DNA from: the human T2T-CHM13v2.0 reference genome, Homo sapiens
Strand: one strand, 5' to 3'
Length of the DNA stretch: 64,000 nt
Assembly: GCF_009914755.1 (NCBI RefSeq)
Contig: NC_060948.1
Made by a program: the position numbers and the translations under genes. Positions 14,431-27,786 of the stretch are shown here, one piece after another. Under the pieces are notes generated by a model. The model saw nothing but the letters and a program-made list of their open reading frames with translations, was not told where the DNA came from and did no database searches. Within the stretch, counting starts at the first letter, position 1. Each line of letters begins with the position of its first letter.

Positions 14431-15685
14431 AAATCCTGTATTTTGTTAGTAGGAAAACAGGGTTGTTTTTGGGCTCATGTGTTTGTGAGGGTCCTGCCTT
14501 TGGGGTCCATCTAATGGTGGGAAGGGTCTCCTGTTACAGCCTTCACTCAAGAGACTGAACCTGGGGCTTTGATTTCTATTCCACTGTCTTTGTGAGGCCA
14601 TCAGAAAGAAAGCAGAGTCTCACAACAAAAGTCAACATTAGTTTCCACTCAGTCTGTTTTTCTGAGGGTTGTCTGATAGACATAAAGAATATATCTGACA
14701 CATTCAAGAATTACAGTTATTCTTGTGAAGGGTCTTAGCTTTCAACCTACATTTACTAGTGTGCCCTAGTGGGAACTTTTGTAAATGTCAGGGGCTTTTT
14801 ATTGGAACTTAACACACCTTGAAAGAATGAGTGTTCTCATCAATTTATACCCTTTCTTCACTTTTAGAAGCAGTGACAAACAAGTGAAGGGAAGGAACTA
14901 TTAACAGTTTGAATCTTACCGTGATTAACTTAGTTCTATTTTTTCCCTATGCATACTAAGTCCATAGTGTTCCCACCTAAGGACTCTGGAAAATGAACTA
15001 AAAACCTTTGTGGACCTTATTATTGACATAAGCAGCATGAGGCATTTCTGCTGCTCTTTCCCAAGTACTGATTTTCTTTTACAGGAGTCTCTGCAATTGG
15101 GTCTTTTCTATGAGGAACAAAACACCAAGCTTTCACTGGCATTTCATCTCACCTCTTTTTTGGGTGTCATCTTCTGCTTATCACGTAGAACAAACATGCA
15201 TTTTGTTACTGAGCAGGCGTTTTTATCCAGATCTTCCTAAACTGCCCTAAAGCATAGTGTACAAAAGTTTTTTGTAACTGAGGGTGTTTGGTGCTGCTCG
15301 TTTACTGTCTTCTCAGTGGTTGCCACAAGGACCCCAAAGAACTGGCCAAGTACACTGACCTAAGAAGCAAAATCTTGGGCTGTTTATGTGATTTTTCTTA
15401 TATTTCAGATAGGGGTCTGTGGGTACTTTCTTGTGACTTACCTGAACATTATTGGGTATCCATACCATCTGGAATAAATGCGATACCAGCACTTACACAA
15501 AATTACTTTCAAATCACTTCTCTGACTCTCAGTACAGTTGTTAATGCTGAGGTAAAACCATTGGTCCTTTTAATTCCTGTGGCTTCTCACCATGCCAAAC
15601 ACATATTTCCCGCTGGCCCTGGATTTCTGTTAAAAATCTGTATTTTGGATCAACAAATGTCTGTGGTAGGGACGGTCAAACTGCA

Positions 15686-15723
15686 GAAATCTCTTTGTTC
15701 ATTGGAAATCTCTTTGTTCATTG
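15686..15723. repeat. Perfect 19-bp tandem duplication
   Basis: GAAATCTCTTTGTTCATTG x2. Confidence 0.9.
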
Positions 15724-16731
15724 TCAAATCGAAGAATTTTTACTCTGAACATAATTTTAATTTTCTTTTATCCCAGAGGCTTATCTTTAAGACCCTCAGG
15801 TTGAGTTGGTTTCTTCTTTTTCCCATTAGTTTTTGAGAGCTCAATAAGTGTTTGTGCTCTTGATTTATGTTTTTCCCCTTGATTTATAGGTTATAATTTC
15901 AAATTTATCCTGGAGTATTTTAGGCTAGGTTACTAGTTTGTGTTTTGTTTTGTTGGCATTAAGACAGGGCTGCATTCTCTGGCTTTGGTGTGTCTTCATT
16001 TTAAAAAAAAGGACGTGTCCTTGTTTTTTTTTTCCTTTTTTTTAAATGTGTCTTCACATAAAAAAGTGGACTTATGGCTGAGTCTTTATTAGCAGTGGTT
16101 TGAGGAAACTTTTTCTTAAAACATGCTTATTCTGTGATAAAACTTCCTTGACATGGTGGCCTGTGCCCTATATAGGATGCTTATATTAGGTGGTTATGTC
16201 CCACAAAAATAAGTCCAGATATCTGAAATGAACACTATTCTTCCAGGAGCCCTGTGACAGCCCTCAGAACATTGGAAGTTTCCCCCTCTAGAGATTGGAT
16301 TAGCTAGCAGTCCAGTTAAAGGCCTTTCGTTATTGTCTAGTGTCTTTCTGATTAGCCTGAATTTCTCTAGTTCTCCCTCCCTCTCAGTCAATCATTCTTC
16401 TTTCTTCCCACCCAGTACTCTTCCATGCCATCTTTGTCCCCCCCAAAAATGATTATTTATTCAACCTTTGAAGAATTATTGTTGGACAAACAGTGCAGGG
16501 AAAGCTTGTCATTGGAAAAATCCTTAGGGGCTTGCCTTAAAACGCTGACTGCAGTCTACTTCACAAAAAGCATGTTCATAGTGACAAGAGTTCTTGACAT
16601 TACAATTTTGTAATGATGCTCCATTTTTTGGTCCCGGTGAGCCTGTCTGTGGTAAATTGGTTTTAAAGGACAGCAGGCCTCTATCTGGTTTTAAAATGAC
16701 TCCTCTCCTGTTTATTTTCCTTTCCCTCTAG

Positions 16732-16889
16732 GCAATGTATGTATGGTGATTGCTGGAGCTAACCTCGGTCGTGTTGGTGTGATCACAAACAGGGAAAGAC
16801 ATCCTGGTTCTTGCGATGTGGTACATGTGAAGGATGCCAACGGCAACAGCTTTGCCACAAGGATTTCCAACATTTTTGTCATTGGCAAT
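16732..16889 (+). CDS. RPS4Y2: RPS4Y2 exon 6 (158 bp)
   Basis: Pyrimidine tract then CTAG|GC acceptor, AAT|GTAAGA donor; phase matches exon 5; encodes (G)[52 protein letters not shown]. Residues [11 protein letters not shown] and TRIS match my recollection of Y2 rather than Y1 or X. Confidence 0.96.
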
Positions 16890-18024
16890 GTAAGACTTGC
16901 ACTCTCTTTACTACTTTCTAAGAAGACTCACCCTAAAAAATGTAAAGACCTGCATCCACTGTTGGTGTTTGTCTGTTTGTTCTTGTGTTTTTCCTGTGTT
17001 AAGGTGCACAGAGTGCAGCAAGCTCTGTATTTAGCCTCTGACCAGAAAGAATATTAGATCTAGAGCCTTGCGCCTGCCTCTCAAGGAGGTCTGTGTGAGG
17101 TGCCAGCACTGTCACACAACAAATTAAGTTAAACTCAGCCTTGCAACTTCTGCAGGGCTATACCACTGGTATGTGCTGGATTAAGGTCACTGTCTGCCAT
17201 CTCCTCTGAGACTACATTATATGCCTCATCATTGAACATGTATTTGATGATGAAGATTGATGTAAGGGACTATGAGTGAGTTGCTAATTTGAGAATAAGA
17301 GCATTTACAAGTCACATACTGCTTGTTAGTTTCGTTTACTCATTCAGAATGACCTTGCTCTGAGATCTTTTGAGGGCTTTTCAGTGAAGGAGCACCTCTG
17401 GAGTCACACAGTATCCTCACATGAGAGTCTGTTACCCTGTGACTTAAGGACGGGCAAGCTTTTCATCAAGCAATTCAGCCTTGGGAGTGGTATCTTAACA
17501 CTTGTACCCTGGCAGCTATTTGGTACGTGAGAGATGATATGGTACAGAGGGGAAGCCTGCTGTTGCCTCTTTGGCTGTGTCACTTGGCAGCTCTATAGTT
17601 GGGCCATTTCTCTTCTCAGTGCTGAATTATGACACCTCATTCTGTACCTTTGAAAACAGGTGTATCATATCATCTGGTGTTTCTGAAGGAACTGAAGGAC
17701 TGAGTAGATGCCTGTGAAAGCTCTGTAAAGCTTATGACAGGGAGCTGACAGTTCTCCACTTCAAAATAATGAGAAGCTGAGGTTAATGGCCTTTTTTTTT
17801 TTCTCAGCACTGAGTGCCTTATGGAAAAAGATGTTCATGAAAAGCTTCTTGACTGATTGCTTCACACAAAATAGAAGCAGGAAGACCTGTATTCAGCAGC
17901 TCAGCAGTGGGGAGTGGGAGGAACAGTGAGAGACAGACAACCTCTCAGGAAACATGTATAAGGAAATTTTTATTTTGTTGGGAATTTTGTTTGGTTGTGT
18001 TCTGTTAGCTGCCCCTTAATGTAA

Positions 18025-18255
<231 letters not shown>

Positions 18256-18289
18256 ATTACAGTAGTGGCTTATTTTTTTTCTTTGCACA

Positions 18290-18295
18290 AATAAA
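18290..18295 (+). terminator. RPS4Y2: RPS4Y2 polyadenylation signal
   Basis: AATAAA about 35 nt after the stop, followed by a GT/T-rich downstream element (TGTGTATGTTTTTT). A second AATAAA lies at 18435-18440. Confidence 0.85.
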
Positions 18296-19261
18296 CAATG
18301 AATTCTTGTTTCCTAATGTGTATGTTTTTTTCTTTTTCCCTTGTGGATAATGATAGGGTTTGAATTTTGGGCATGGTTTTGGCACCATCTTAAGATCTCT
18401 AGGTACCACCCGTTCTTCCTCTGACCCTCAAGGAAATAAACCTTTTCTTTCCTTCCCTCATACATGTTACCCACATCTTCTCTGTGGTCAGAATGATGGG
18501 AATAACATCAATAAATGAAGTGCAAAAAATGTGATATTTTTGGCTGCCTGAGAAAATGAACATTAGTTGAAATCATAGAAGAAAAATGTGTTTGTGTTAA
18601 TTAGGGAGTTTTTAAATAATTTTTCGTGCCTTACCATGGTTATGCTTTTTCTTTCTACCCCCACTTCCCTCCTCCCCTCTTTTTTCACCTTATAGAATTT
18701 ACCTCACAGTTTTTTAGGTCCAAAGTCTGGCCTCTCTCTCCGAAAGGACTGCATTCTTTTGTGGAAGCTCTGGGGAAGGTGTTAGTTTCCTTCCTCATTA
18801 ACATTATTGGCAGAAATTCAGATCTCTGTGGCTGTAGGGTACTGTCCCTGTTTCCTTGCTGACTGGCAGCTGAGGCCTGTTCTCGGCTTCTGTAGGTCAC
18901 GTGCATTCTTTGCCTAGTGGTCCCATCCCTCAGATACACTAAGCGGTCTTTCTTTGACCCAGTCAGGAACAGTTCTCCACTTTTAAGGGCCCAGCAGGAT
19001 AATCTCTATTTCATGGACTGTCACTTTAATGACATCATATTTATTCCACTTTGTCTTGGCAGTGGACTTGTAAAAGGTAGCATTTACAAGTACTAGACAG
19101 TGGGATGTGGGCATCTTTGATGTTTGTAAAGACTTAGAAACAAAAGAAAAATGGCTGGCGGGCAGTTGAAGCCAACAGTTTAATATTTGGCTACTGTTGA
19201 AAAGCAAATTCTGAATTATGATACATAACTGGAAGTTAAAATAAAGGTTATTTTATATTGC

Positions 19262-19540
19262 AGTGGCTCACATCTGTAATCCCAACACTTTGGGAGAGGG
19301 AGGATCACTTGAGCCCAGAAGTTTAAGGCCATCCTGGGCAATATATTGAGACCCTGTCTCTATAAAAAGTAAAAAGCAAAAAAAATTAGCCAGGTATGGT
19401 GGTGCATGCTTGTAGTGCCAGTTACTTGGAAGGTGGAGGTGGGAAGACTGATTGATAGCTTTCTTCACCCAGGTCTTGGCGGTTACAGTGAGCCCTGATT
19501 CTGCTGCTGCACTCCAGCTTGGGTGACAGAGCAAGACCCT
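19262..19540 (+). mobile_element. AluJ-type Alu
   Basis: CAGTGGCTCACATCTGTAATCCC ... GGATCACTTGAGCCCAG ... GACAGAGCAAGACCCTG. Confidence 0.85.
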
Positions 19541-19933
19541 GTGTCTTGCTGGATTCTATAAAAGAATCAGTTACAAAGGGAATAGGAGTCATTACCCTTC
19601 CTCCTTGGAGTCTTAAAGGAGCATATACTTGCCAAGTGTGTATTTTTATGCATCTACAAGCTCAAAAACCTATGGTTATAACAGCTGTTTTGCTGTGAGC
19701 CCTCATTTGGTGCTTGCTTGTTGAGCTCTCTTCCTGTGTATCATACCATCTGGTGTTTCTGAAGGAATTGAAGTGAAATGACCACATGAAAGAAAATGGG
19801 CTCTTTCAGGACACAGGAAGGAAAAACTGAGGAATTTGGTGTAATTTTAAGATCCCGGTTGCAACTGCCAAAATGGGTATGTGTGTGTGTGTTTGTGTCC
19901 ACGTGTGCATGCACCTGTGATAATCAAATTTTG

Positions 19934-20217
19934 TTTTGGTTTTTTTGAGACAGTCTCACTCTGTTGCTGGGGCTGGAGTTCAGTGTTGTGATCTCAGCTC
20001 ACTGCAACCTCTGCCTCCTGGGTTTAAGTGATTCTTATGCCTCTTAGCCTCTTGAGTAGCTGGGACTACAGGCACACACCACCATGCCCAGATAATTTTT
20101 GTAGTTTTGGTGTACAAAAATTGGACAGGCTGGTCTCAAACTCCTGACCTCAAGTGATCGACCCACCTTGACCTCCCAAAGTGCTGAGATTACAGGCATG
20201 AGCCATTCACCCCCAGC
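19934..20217 (-). mobile_element. Alu (S-type) with TSD TGATAATCAAA
   Basis: Alu arms flanked by TGATAATCAAA at about 19918 and 20218. Confidence 0.88.
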
Positions 20218-20238
20218 TGATAATCAAAATTTTGACTC

Positions 20239-20290
20239 TGCAACAAAGATGCTATGCTGGAAAGTGCAACAAAGATACTATACTGGAAAG
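20239..20290. repeat. 26-bp tandem duplication
   Basis: TGCAACAAAGAT(G/A)CTAT(G/A)CTGGAAAG x2, 2 mismatches. Confidence 0.85.
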
Positions 20291-21575
20291 AAGTGGGATA
20301 GTAATTCTCTGACTACCGTGTTTATTGTTGTATTGTGATACTGTTATTTCAATATCCCTCCATCTCATGACTGACAAATCCAATATTGAACATGTTCAAA
20401 AATGTTTTCTCTTTGTAATCCTTCCTCCCTGAAGTAGGGACATTCCTTACCTCATCATGCTTGAGGACCTTGGGTTATTGTTACCTTATTCCTCACCCTC
20501 ATCTCATCTCCCTCAAATCCTTTCTGTAAGTAGGTGAATTTTAAATCATATGTAAGTAAAACTAAGCCACTAAACCACCTGGCATAAATCTCTTCCATCC
20601 ATTGTCTTCTCTGTTGCAGGATTTTATCCCAGAAATGTTCATCTCTGAGTTTATATTCTCCTCTGTCCACTGCCTATTATTTGAGTTTGTTCTTCCTGTA
20701 TTTCACTAGCTGGCGAGCTCAAAGAGCTACACTGTCAACCCAAAACTTTGTTTCTGAATCTCTTTCAGGTTGCCTTGAGGCTCAAAGGCAGCAAGTCTGA
20801 GCTCTCACAAAATACTGCTCCTCTGTTTGGTATCTTGAACTTTAAGTATGTCTGCACATTTGCCCTAATCTTTGCCCTACACAGGCCCAGTACCTGACAG
20901 CCTCTTTCTGTCTGGTAGAGTTCAAGCCCTCAGGCCTTTGTGCTCAAGCTTTGAAGGTCTGGTTTCCTCCAACACTCTTTCCTACCAAGCGGGGTGGCAG
21001 AGCAGGACTAAGAACTCACGTTCTCTATGTAACTCATAGACAAACTGGTACAAAAGCACACTCATCCACAGCAGGGAAAGAGAACTCAGGCCCAAGACCA
21101 TGCAGCAAGTCCAAATACTTAATCCCAGCCCAAAGAGATGAAAAAAGGAAAAGCAGGAAAAGTGGAAGAACAAAGGAATGAACACCATCAGTGTCAACAA
21201 CCCTTGACCATACACAGAAATCTGTATTCCCAAATTAAACATTACTTTCTCGTGCCTTCATTCTTGAGACATACTTTTTGAGCACCTGTTGTTTGACATG
21301 CATTGAACAGAACAGACAGAAAATACTGAAGCATGAGCTCAGGTGTGGGAAATTGATGATTTAAAGTCAACAAATTAAGTAAGGTTCTGTCAGTGACAAG
21401 TCTATGAAGAAGTAAAATGGGACTGGGATAGAGCCTTTAGATCAGGCACTACACAAAGGCCTTTGAGCAGTGACATTTTTGAGTCAGTAGAGTCGAGTCG
21501 ACAGAGTACACGCAAGTTAATGGCATGTTAACACTTTTCCTCCATAATTAAAGGGGTGGATCCATGCTTTCCATT

Positions 21576-21790
21576 TGTATTAGTTTGCTAGGGCACAAAA
21601 TGGATAACTTAAAAGACAGAAGTTAGTTGTCTCCTAATCCTGGAGGCCAGAAGTCCAAAACAAGGTGTTGACAGGGCCATACTCCCTCAATGGATAGGAG
21701 GGATCTGTTCTAGGCCTCTCCAAGCTCTGGCAGTTCCTTGACTTGTGGCTGCATAACTAGCCTTCATGTGGCATTTTCCCTGTGTGCTGG
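21576..21790. mobile_element. MLT1 (MaLR) LTR fragment
   Basis: TGTATTAGTTTGCTAGGGC ... TCCTGGAGGCCAGAAGTCCAAAACAAGGTGTTGACAGGGCCATACTCCCTC are MLT1 hallmarks. Confidence 0.7.
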
Positions 21791-22342
21791 GGATATTCTT
21801 AAGTGAAACTTGCTTATATTTATCTTTAGGGGAGCTTTTACGATTGTGGAAATTAGAAATGACTCAAGTGCCGTTTGGTGCTACTGTCTTTATCCATTAG
21901 TGGTAGGAAGCCAGGAGTCTCAACCACCAGTGCCGTTTGAACCTTCAGTGCAAACATTAGCATGGTGGAAAGGGCAGGTTATATTTCTGTGTGAAAATAA
22001 TTGTGACTTTATGTATTCCTGGAAAGGGTCCCCGAGGCTTGATTTTAGGGGTGGCTGTGTTGAAACAGGCATTGCAAATTGCAAACACCTAGAAATTGAC
22101 CATCTTCAGTAGCTCCTTTTCTAGTAAGAAAGTCAACCAAATACCATATGCCTACCAGTGCACGATGTCACATGTGAAGAATTACTGTGTATTTGTGCAT
22201 ATAGTTACATACATGGATATGTTCTGAATACAATCAGGCAGATCTAACAGTATACAAGAAAATCAGGAGAGGTAGTTTAAAGGAAATGATATAGAATAAA
22301 CAAACCACACAAGCAATAAAAAGGAAAGTGCTTCTAAAGCAT

Positions 22343-22462
22343 TGAGCAACATGAAGAGTATCACTGAAGTGGTTTGGAGCAAAGGAAGCTAAACTCAAAA
22401 GATGAGCAACATGAAGAGTATCACCGAAGTGGTTTACAGCAAAGGAAGCTGAACTCAAAAGA
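22343..22462. repeat. 60-bp tandem duplication
   Basis: TGAGCAACATGAAGAGTATCAC(T/C)GAAGTGGTTT(GG/AC)AGCAAAGGAAGCT(A/G)AACTCAAAAGA x2, 4 mismatches. Confidence 0.92.
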
Positions 22463-25215
22463 GGTTCTAATTTATATGTTGTTCAAAAACATAAAAAACT
22501 TATCTATGGTGCCCAGAGAACAGGAGAGCACTTAACCTTGAGTAGGGATGAGTAACTGAGAATGGACTTTTGGGGTACTGAAAAATTATTCTTCATCTTG
22601 ACTTTTGGGGAGTAAACTCAGTGAATATGTAAAAAGACATCAATTTGTATACCTTAAGTGGTGTTCATTTCCATAAACACATTATGCCACCCTTAAAAAC
22701 AAGGTATTAGTCTGATGAAGTAATGGATGGGGTGGCCACTTTTAAGGGGTAGGATGTATGGAAGGTGGCTTATGACTGTTAATAGGCATGTGGGAACTTT
22801 CTAAAACATCTATTTCCTATGGCATTGGAGTTGTGGTTACTCAGGTGTATTTGTCACAACTGAAATGTGATTTTGAAAGCAAATGAAACTGGGTAACTTG
22901 CACAGAATTGCTGGAACACTTGAGATGCCAGCTAATGCTAACATACTTGGAGTAATGCCAAAAGCATAAAATAAATTAGTCTAATGTAACATTTCTCATT
23001 ATTCTTCCTCCACAATATGCTGGGATCTCTGCCAATACTCTTCAGACATCATATTCAGAACAGCATTTTGGCCACTGCAGGCAACACTGCCAAAATTCTG
23101 GTGCTCTCACCCTCATGGGAAATGAGATTCAATGCTTTATATGGTGCATTTCCCACTTTACTAGCATATTGAAGTCTCAGTTATCACAATGTGTCTGAAA
23201 GCCAGGATTTATATGTCACATGTCTTTGTGCATACAGCACTGGAAGATTGGTATTTAGTCTCTGATAGATATTTTGAAGAGAGTAGGGCTTATGATACTG
23301 CAGTCTCTCAAACCATTCCAATGATGAATAACACATGGCATTTGTTCTCTATATTTTTACTTTAAAAAAATTTGTTTTAATGGACAACAACCTTGTATGT
23401 GTTGTGTACATATAACATGATGTTTTGAAGTACACATACATTGTGGACTCGTTAAATCTGGCTAATAAACAAATGCATTGCCTGACATTGTTACCATTTT
23501 TGTGGTGAGAACCCTTAACATTCAATCTCAGCATTTCTAAGCAATACAATATATTGTCATTAACTATAGTTGTAATGCTGAATAATAGATCTCTTGAACT
23601 GAGTCCTCCTGTCTAACTATAAATATATATTCTTTGACCAACATCTCCTCAACCCCACCTCCCCTAGCACCCCAGGCTCTGGTAACTACTATTATAATCC
23701 ACATTTATGAGATTGATGTTTCTGAATTCTATGTGAGTGGGATCATGCAAAATCCATCCTTCTGTGCTTGGTTTATTTCACTTAAAATGCCCTCCAGATT
23801 TATCCATATTTCATCACAGATGGCAGGGTTTCTCCATTTGTAAGGCTGAAGATGATTCCATTCTGTATATATACTGCATTTTCTCTATCTGTTCTTCCCG
23901 CAATGAACACTTAGGTTGCTTCCTAATATCTTGGATATTGTGAATGGTGCTGAAAGAATCATAGGAGTGCAGATATCAGGTTGATAATACTGATTTTCTT
24001 TTCTCCGAATATGTGCCTAACAATATTTCTGATCCTATGGTAGTTCTATTTGTAATTTGTGAAACAGCCTCCATACTGTTTTCCATAATGGCTGTGCTAA
24101 TTTACATTCTCATCAACAATGTGCATGGGTTTTGTTTTCTCCACATCCTCGTGAACACTTGTTAACTTTTGTCTCCTTGATCACAGCAATCGTAACAGGA
24201 GTGAAGTGACACCTCATTGTGGTTTTGATTTGTATTTCTCTGATAGCTAATGATATTGAGTATTTTCATATAGCTGTTGACCATTCCTGGGTCTTTTGAG
24301 AAATGTCTATTCTGGTTCTTTGTCCATTTGTTATTGAGTTAGTTGTTTCCTTTCTGTTGAGTTGTTTGAGTTCCTCATATGTTAGATATTAACTTCTTAT
24401 TCATATGGTGTGCAGATACTTTCTCTTACCCTGTAAGTTTCTCTTCACTCTTTATACTGGTTTTTGTTTTGTTTGTTTTGTTTTTGCTGCACAGAAGCTT
24501 TTTTTGTTTGATGTAATCCCATTTCTCTGTTTTTGTTTCGGTTGCCTGTGACATCATATGAAACAAGTCATTGCCCAGACCAATGTCCTGGAACATTTCC
24601 CCTGTGTTTCGTTATACTTAATAGTAGTTGTGGAAATATCGGGTCTTACACTGAAGTTCCTAATGTATTTTGGTTGGTTTTGTGTGTTGTGAGAAAGCCT
24701 AAGTTCATTCTTCTGCATGTCAATATCTAGTTTTCCTAACACTAATCATTGAAGAGACTGTCTTTTACGCATTGTGGGCTGTTGGCACCTTTGTCAAAAA
24801 TTAGTATGGTTTTTTTTTTGGGACTTTATTCTGTTTCATATGTCAATTCTTTTTTTTTTTTTTTTTAAGTAATGCTGTTCTGGTTACTGTAGCTTTGTAG
24901 TGTATGTTGAAGTCAGGTAATTTGATAACTCCACGTTTGTTTTTTGGCTCAAGATTGACTTGCCAATTCAGGATTGTTTTGTGGTTCCAGATGAATTTTA
25001 GGATTTTTTTTCTCTTCTGTTTTGCCAGACACTTTTTTTTTTGTTTTAATATAGATGGGGATTGCACTGAAATAAATAGCTCTGAGTAGTATTGAAAATT
25101 AACCATATTGATTCTTCTAATCCATGAACAGGCAACAACTTTTTCTTCAGTTTCTGTTATCAGTGTCTTATAGTTTTCAGTATACAGATGATTTCATTTC
25201 CTTGGTGAAACATAC

Positions 25216-25518
25216 TTTTTTTTTTTTTTTTTTTTTTTGAGATGGAGTCTTGCTGCAGCATCCAGGCTGAAGTGTAATGGCATGATCTCAGCTCACTGCA
25301 ACCCTGCCTCCTGGGTTCAAGTGATTCTCCTGCCTCAGCATCCTGAGTAGCTGAGATTACAGGCATGGGCCATCATGCCCAGCTAATTTTTATATTTTCA
25401 GTAGAAACGGGTTTCACCATGTTGGCCAGGCTGGTCTCAAACTCCTGACCTCAAATTATCTACCTGCCTTGGCCGCCCACAGTGCTGGGATTACAGGTGT
25501 GAGCCACCATGCCCAGCC
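25216..25518 (-). mobile_element. Alu (Sx/Sz-type)
   Basis: Poly-T and complete arms; preceded and followed by AAACATAC. Confidence 0.9.
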
Positions 25519-25530
25519 AGTTAAACATAC

Positions 25531-25830
25531 TTTTTTTTTTTTTTTTTTTTTGACATGGAGTCTCACCCTGTCGCCCAGGCTGGAGTGCATTGGTGTGATT
25601 TCTGCTCACTGCAAGCTCTGCTTCCTGGGTTCATGCCATTCTCCTGCCTCAGCCTCCTGAGTAGCTGGGACTATAGGCGCCCATTATGATGCATGAGTAA
25701 TTTTTTTGTATTTTTAGTAGAGACTGGGTTTCACTGTGTTAGCCAGGATGGTCTTGATCTGACTTCGTGATCCACCAGCCTCAGCCTCCCAAAGTGCTGG
25801 TATTTCAGGTGCAAGCCACTGCACCCAGCC
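25531..25830 (-). mobile_element. AluY-like Alu
   Basis: GCAAGCTCTGC...TTCATGCCATTCTCC and TGTTAGCCAGGATGG diagnostics. Confidence 0.88.
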
Positions 25831-25980
25831 TAAACGTACTCTGAAGTATTTAACTTTCTTGTAGGTATTGTAAATGGGCTTTTTTTTTTGTGATTGCTTT
25901 TTCAGATAAATCTCTTTCTGTATAGAAATGCTGTTTTTTTAATGTTGACTTTATTATTTCTCTCTCTCTTTCTTGTCTTT

Positions 25981-26256
25981 TATTTTTTCTTTCTTTTGAG
26001 ATGGAGTCTTGCTCTGTTGCCCAGGCTGGAGTGTAGTGGCATGAGCTTGGCTCATTGCAACCTCTGCTGCCTCTGAGGAGGTTCAAGAGATTCTTCCACC
26101 TCAATCCCAAGTAGCTGGGACTATAGGAGCTTACCACCCTAATATTTTGTATTTTTAGTAAAGACGGGGTTTTACCATATTGGCCAGGCTGCTCTTGCAC
26201 TTCCTACCTCCAGTGATCCACCTGCCTTACTCTCCCAAAGTGCTGGCATTATAGGT
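25981..26256 (-). mobile_element. Alu
   Basis: GAGATGGAGTCTTGCTCTGTTGCCCAGGCTGG ... CCCAAAGTGCTGG. Confidence 0.85.
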
Positions 26257-26260
26257 TGTC

Positions 26261-26875
<615 letters not shown>

Positions 26876-27015
26876 TTTGAATTCTTTTATTAGTTCTGGT
26901 TTTGATGAATTCTTTAGGTTTTTCTGTGTGTAAAATTATGTTGTCTACAAACGAAGATAATTTCACTTCTTCATTTCCAGCTTGGAAGTATTTTATTTTT
27001 TGTCTTGCCTCATTG

Positions 27016-27525
27016 TGAAGCGGGATTTAAGGAACCAGAGAGACCAGATGGAGTGCAAGAAAGTGTTTGTTTTAAGGTGTACACCAGCCTAGCAGACATT
27101 TGTCCTAAAGGTGAGCCCAGAACAAAGAAAACGAGTCCCTTTTAAGCATTTTGAGGCAGGTACTACATGAAGCAGGCTTACAGAAGCAAGAACAAAAGGC
27201 TGCTGTGACACTTTTGTAACATGTCTTACATCTCTTTGAGAACTTGGTTTGCAGCTTATGCTTATGTCTTGGGACTTTGCAGCTGTGCAGGGAAGAAAGA
27301 AGTAGGAGTTTATAAAGCCAACAAAATATGTGGAGGATAGACATGGTTAATGGTTCTTGGAACAGACAGTTAATATTCTCTTCTGACTTTAATTTCGGGG
27401 GGCTACTTACATTCTTCTTAGCTTTGGTTAATACAGAAATTCATTCTATGAACTGTTGTTATTTTTCTAACTATTATTATAATTTTTACTATTATGACTT
27501 ATGTTATTATTCTGTTATTTTCACA
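27016..27525 (-). mobile_element. 3' LTR of the class I provirus (510 bp)
   Basis: Minus strand begins TGTGAAAAT directly after PPT AAGGGGGAAAT (27526-27536) and ends TTCA; its first about 120 bp (+ strand) align with 36282-36397. Confidence 0.88.
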
Positions 27526-27569
27526 ATTTCCCCCTTCATCCCCACTTTGGTGCTCTGTATTAATGTTGG

Positions 27570-27784
27570 TTAATAGAGCACTACAATTGTTTATTTCTTC
27601 TTGGGCTGATACATATTCTTCTTGGGGCAAAACCTGATACTTAGTCAATGCCATTTTTCGGGCAATAGTGTGTCTGGCCATGATTGCCTCTATAGTTGAC
27701 TGAACAATTCTGATGAAAAGAGGTAAGAGACAAGGAAGAATTAGGCAGAAATAGTAACAACATTAGTGTGTATAATAGAAACAT
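27570..27784 (-). pseudogene. env remnant: signal peptide fused to TM C-terminus
   Basis: ATG at 27784 gives MFLLYTLMLLLFLP, then in another frame CLILPCLLPLFIRIVQSTIEAIMARHTIARKMALTKYQVLPQEE (TM anchor end and cytoplasmic tail). Confidence 0.8.
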
Positions 27785-27786
27785 GA

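Noticed and set aside
15288-15836. 182-aa ORF in RPS4Y2 intron 5
   Set aside because: TTG start, no recognisable domain, T-rich composition and contains a local 19-bp duplication; most likely a chance open frame.
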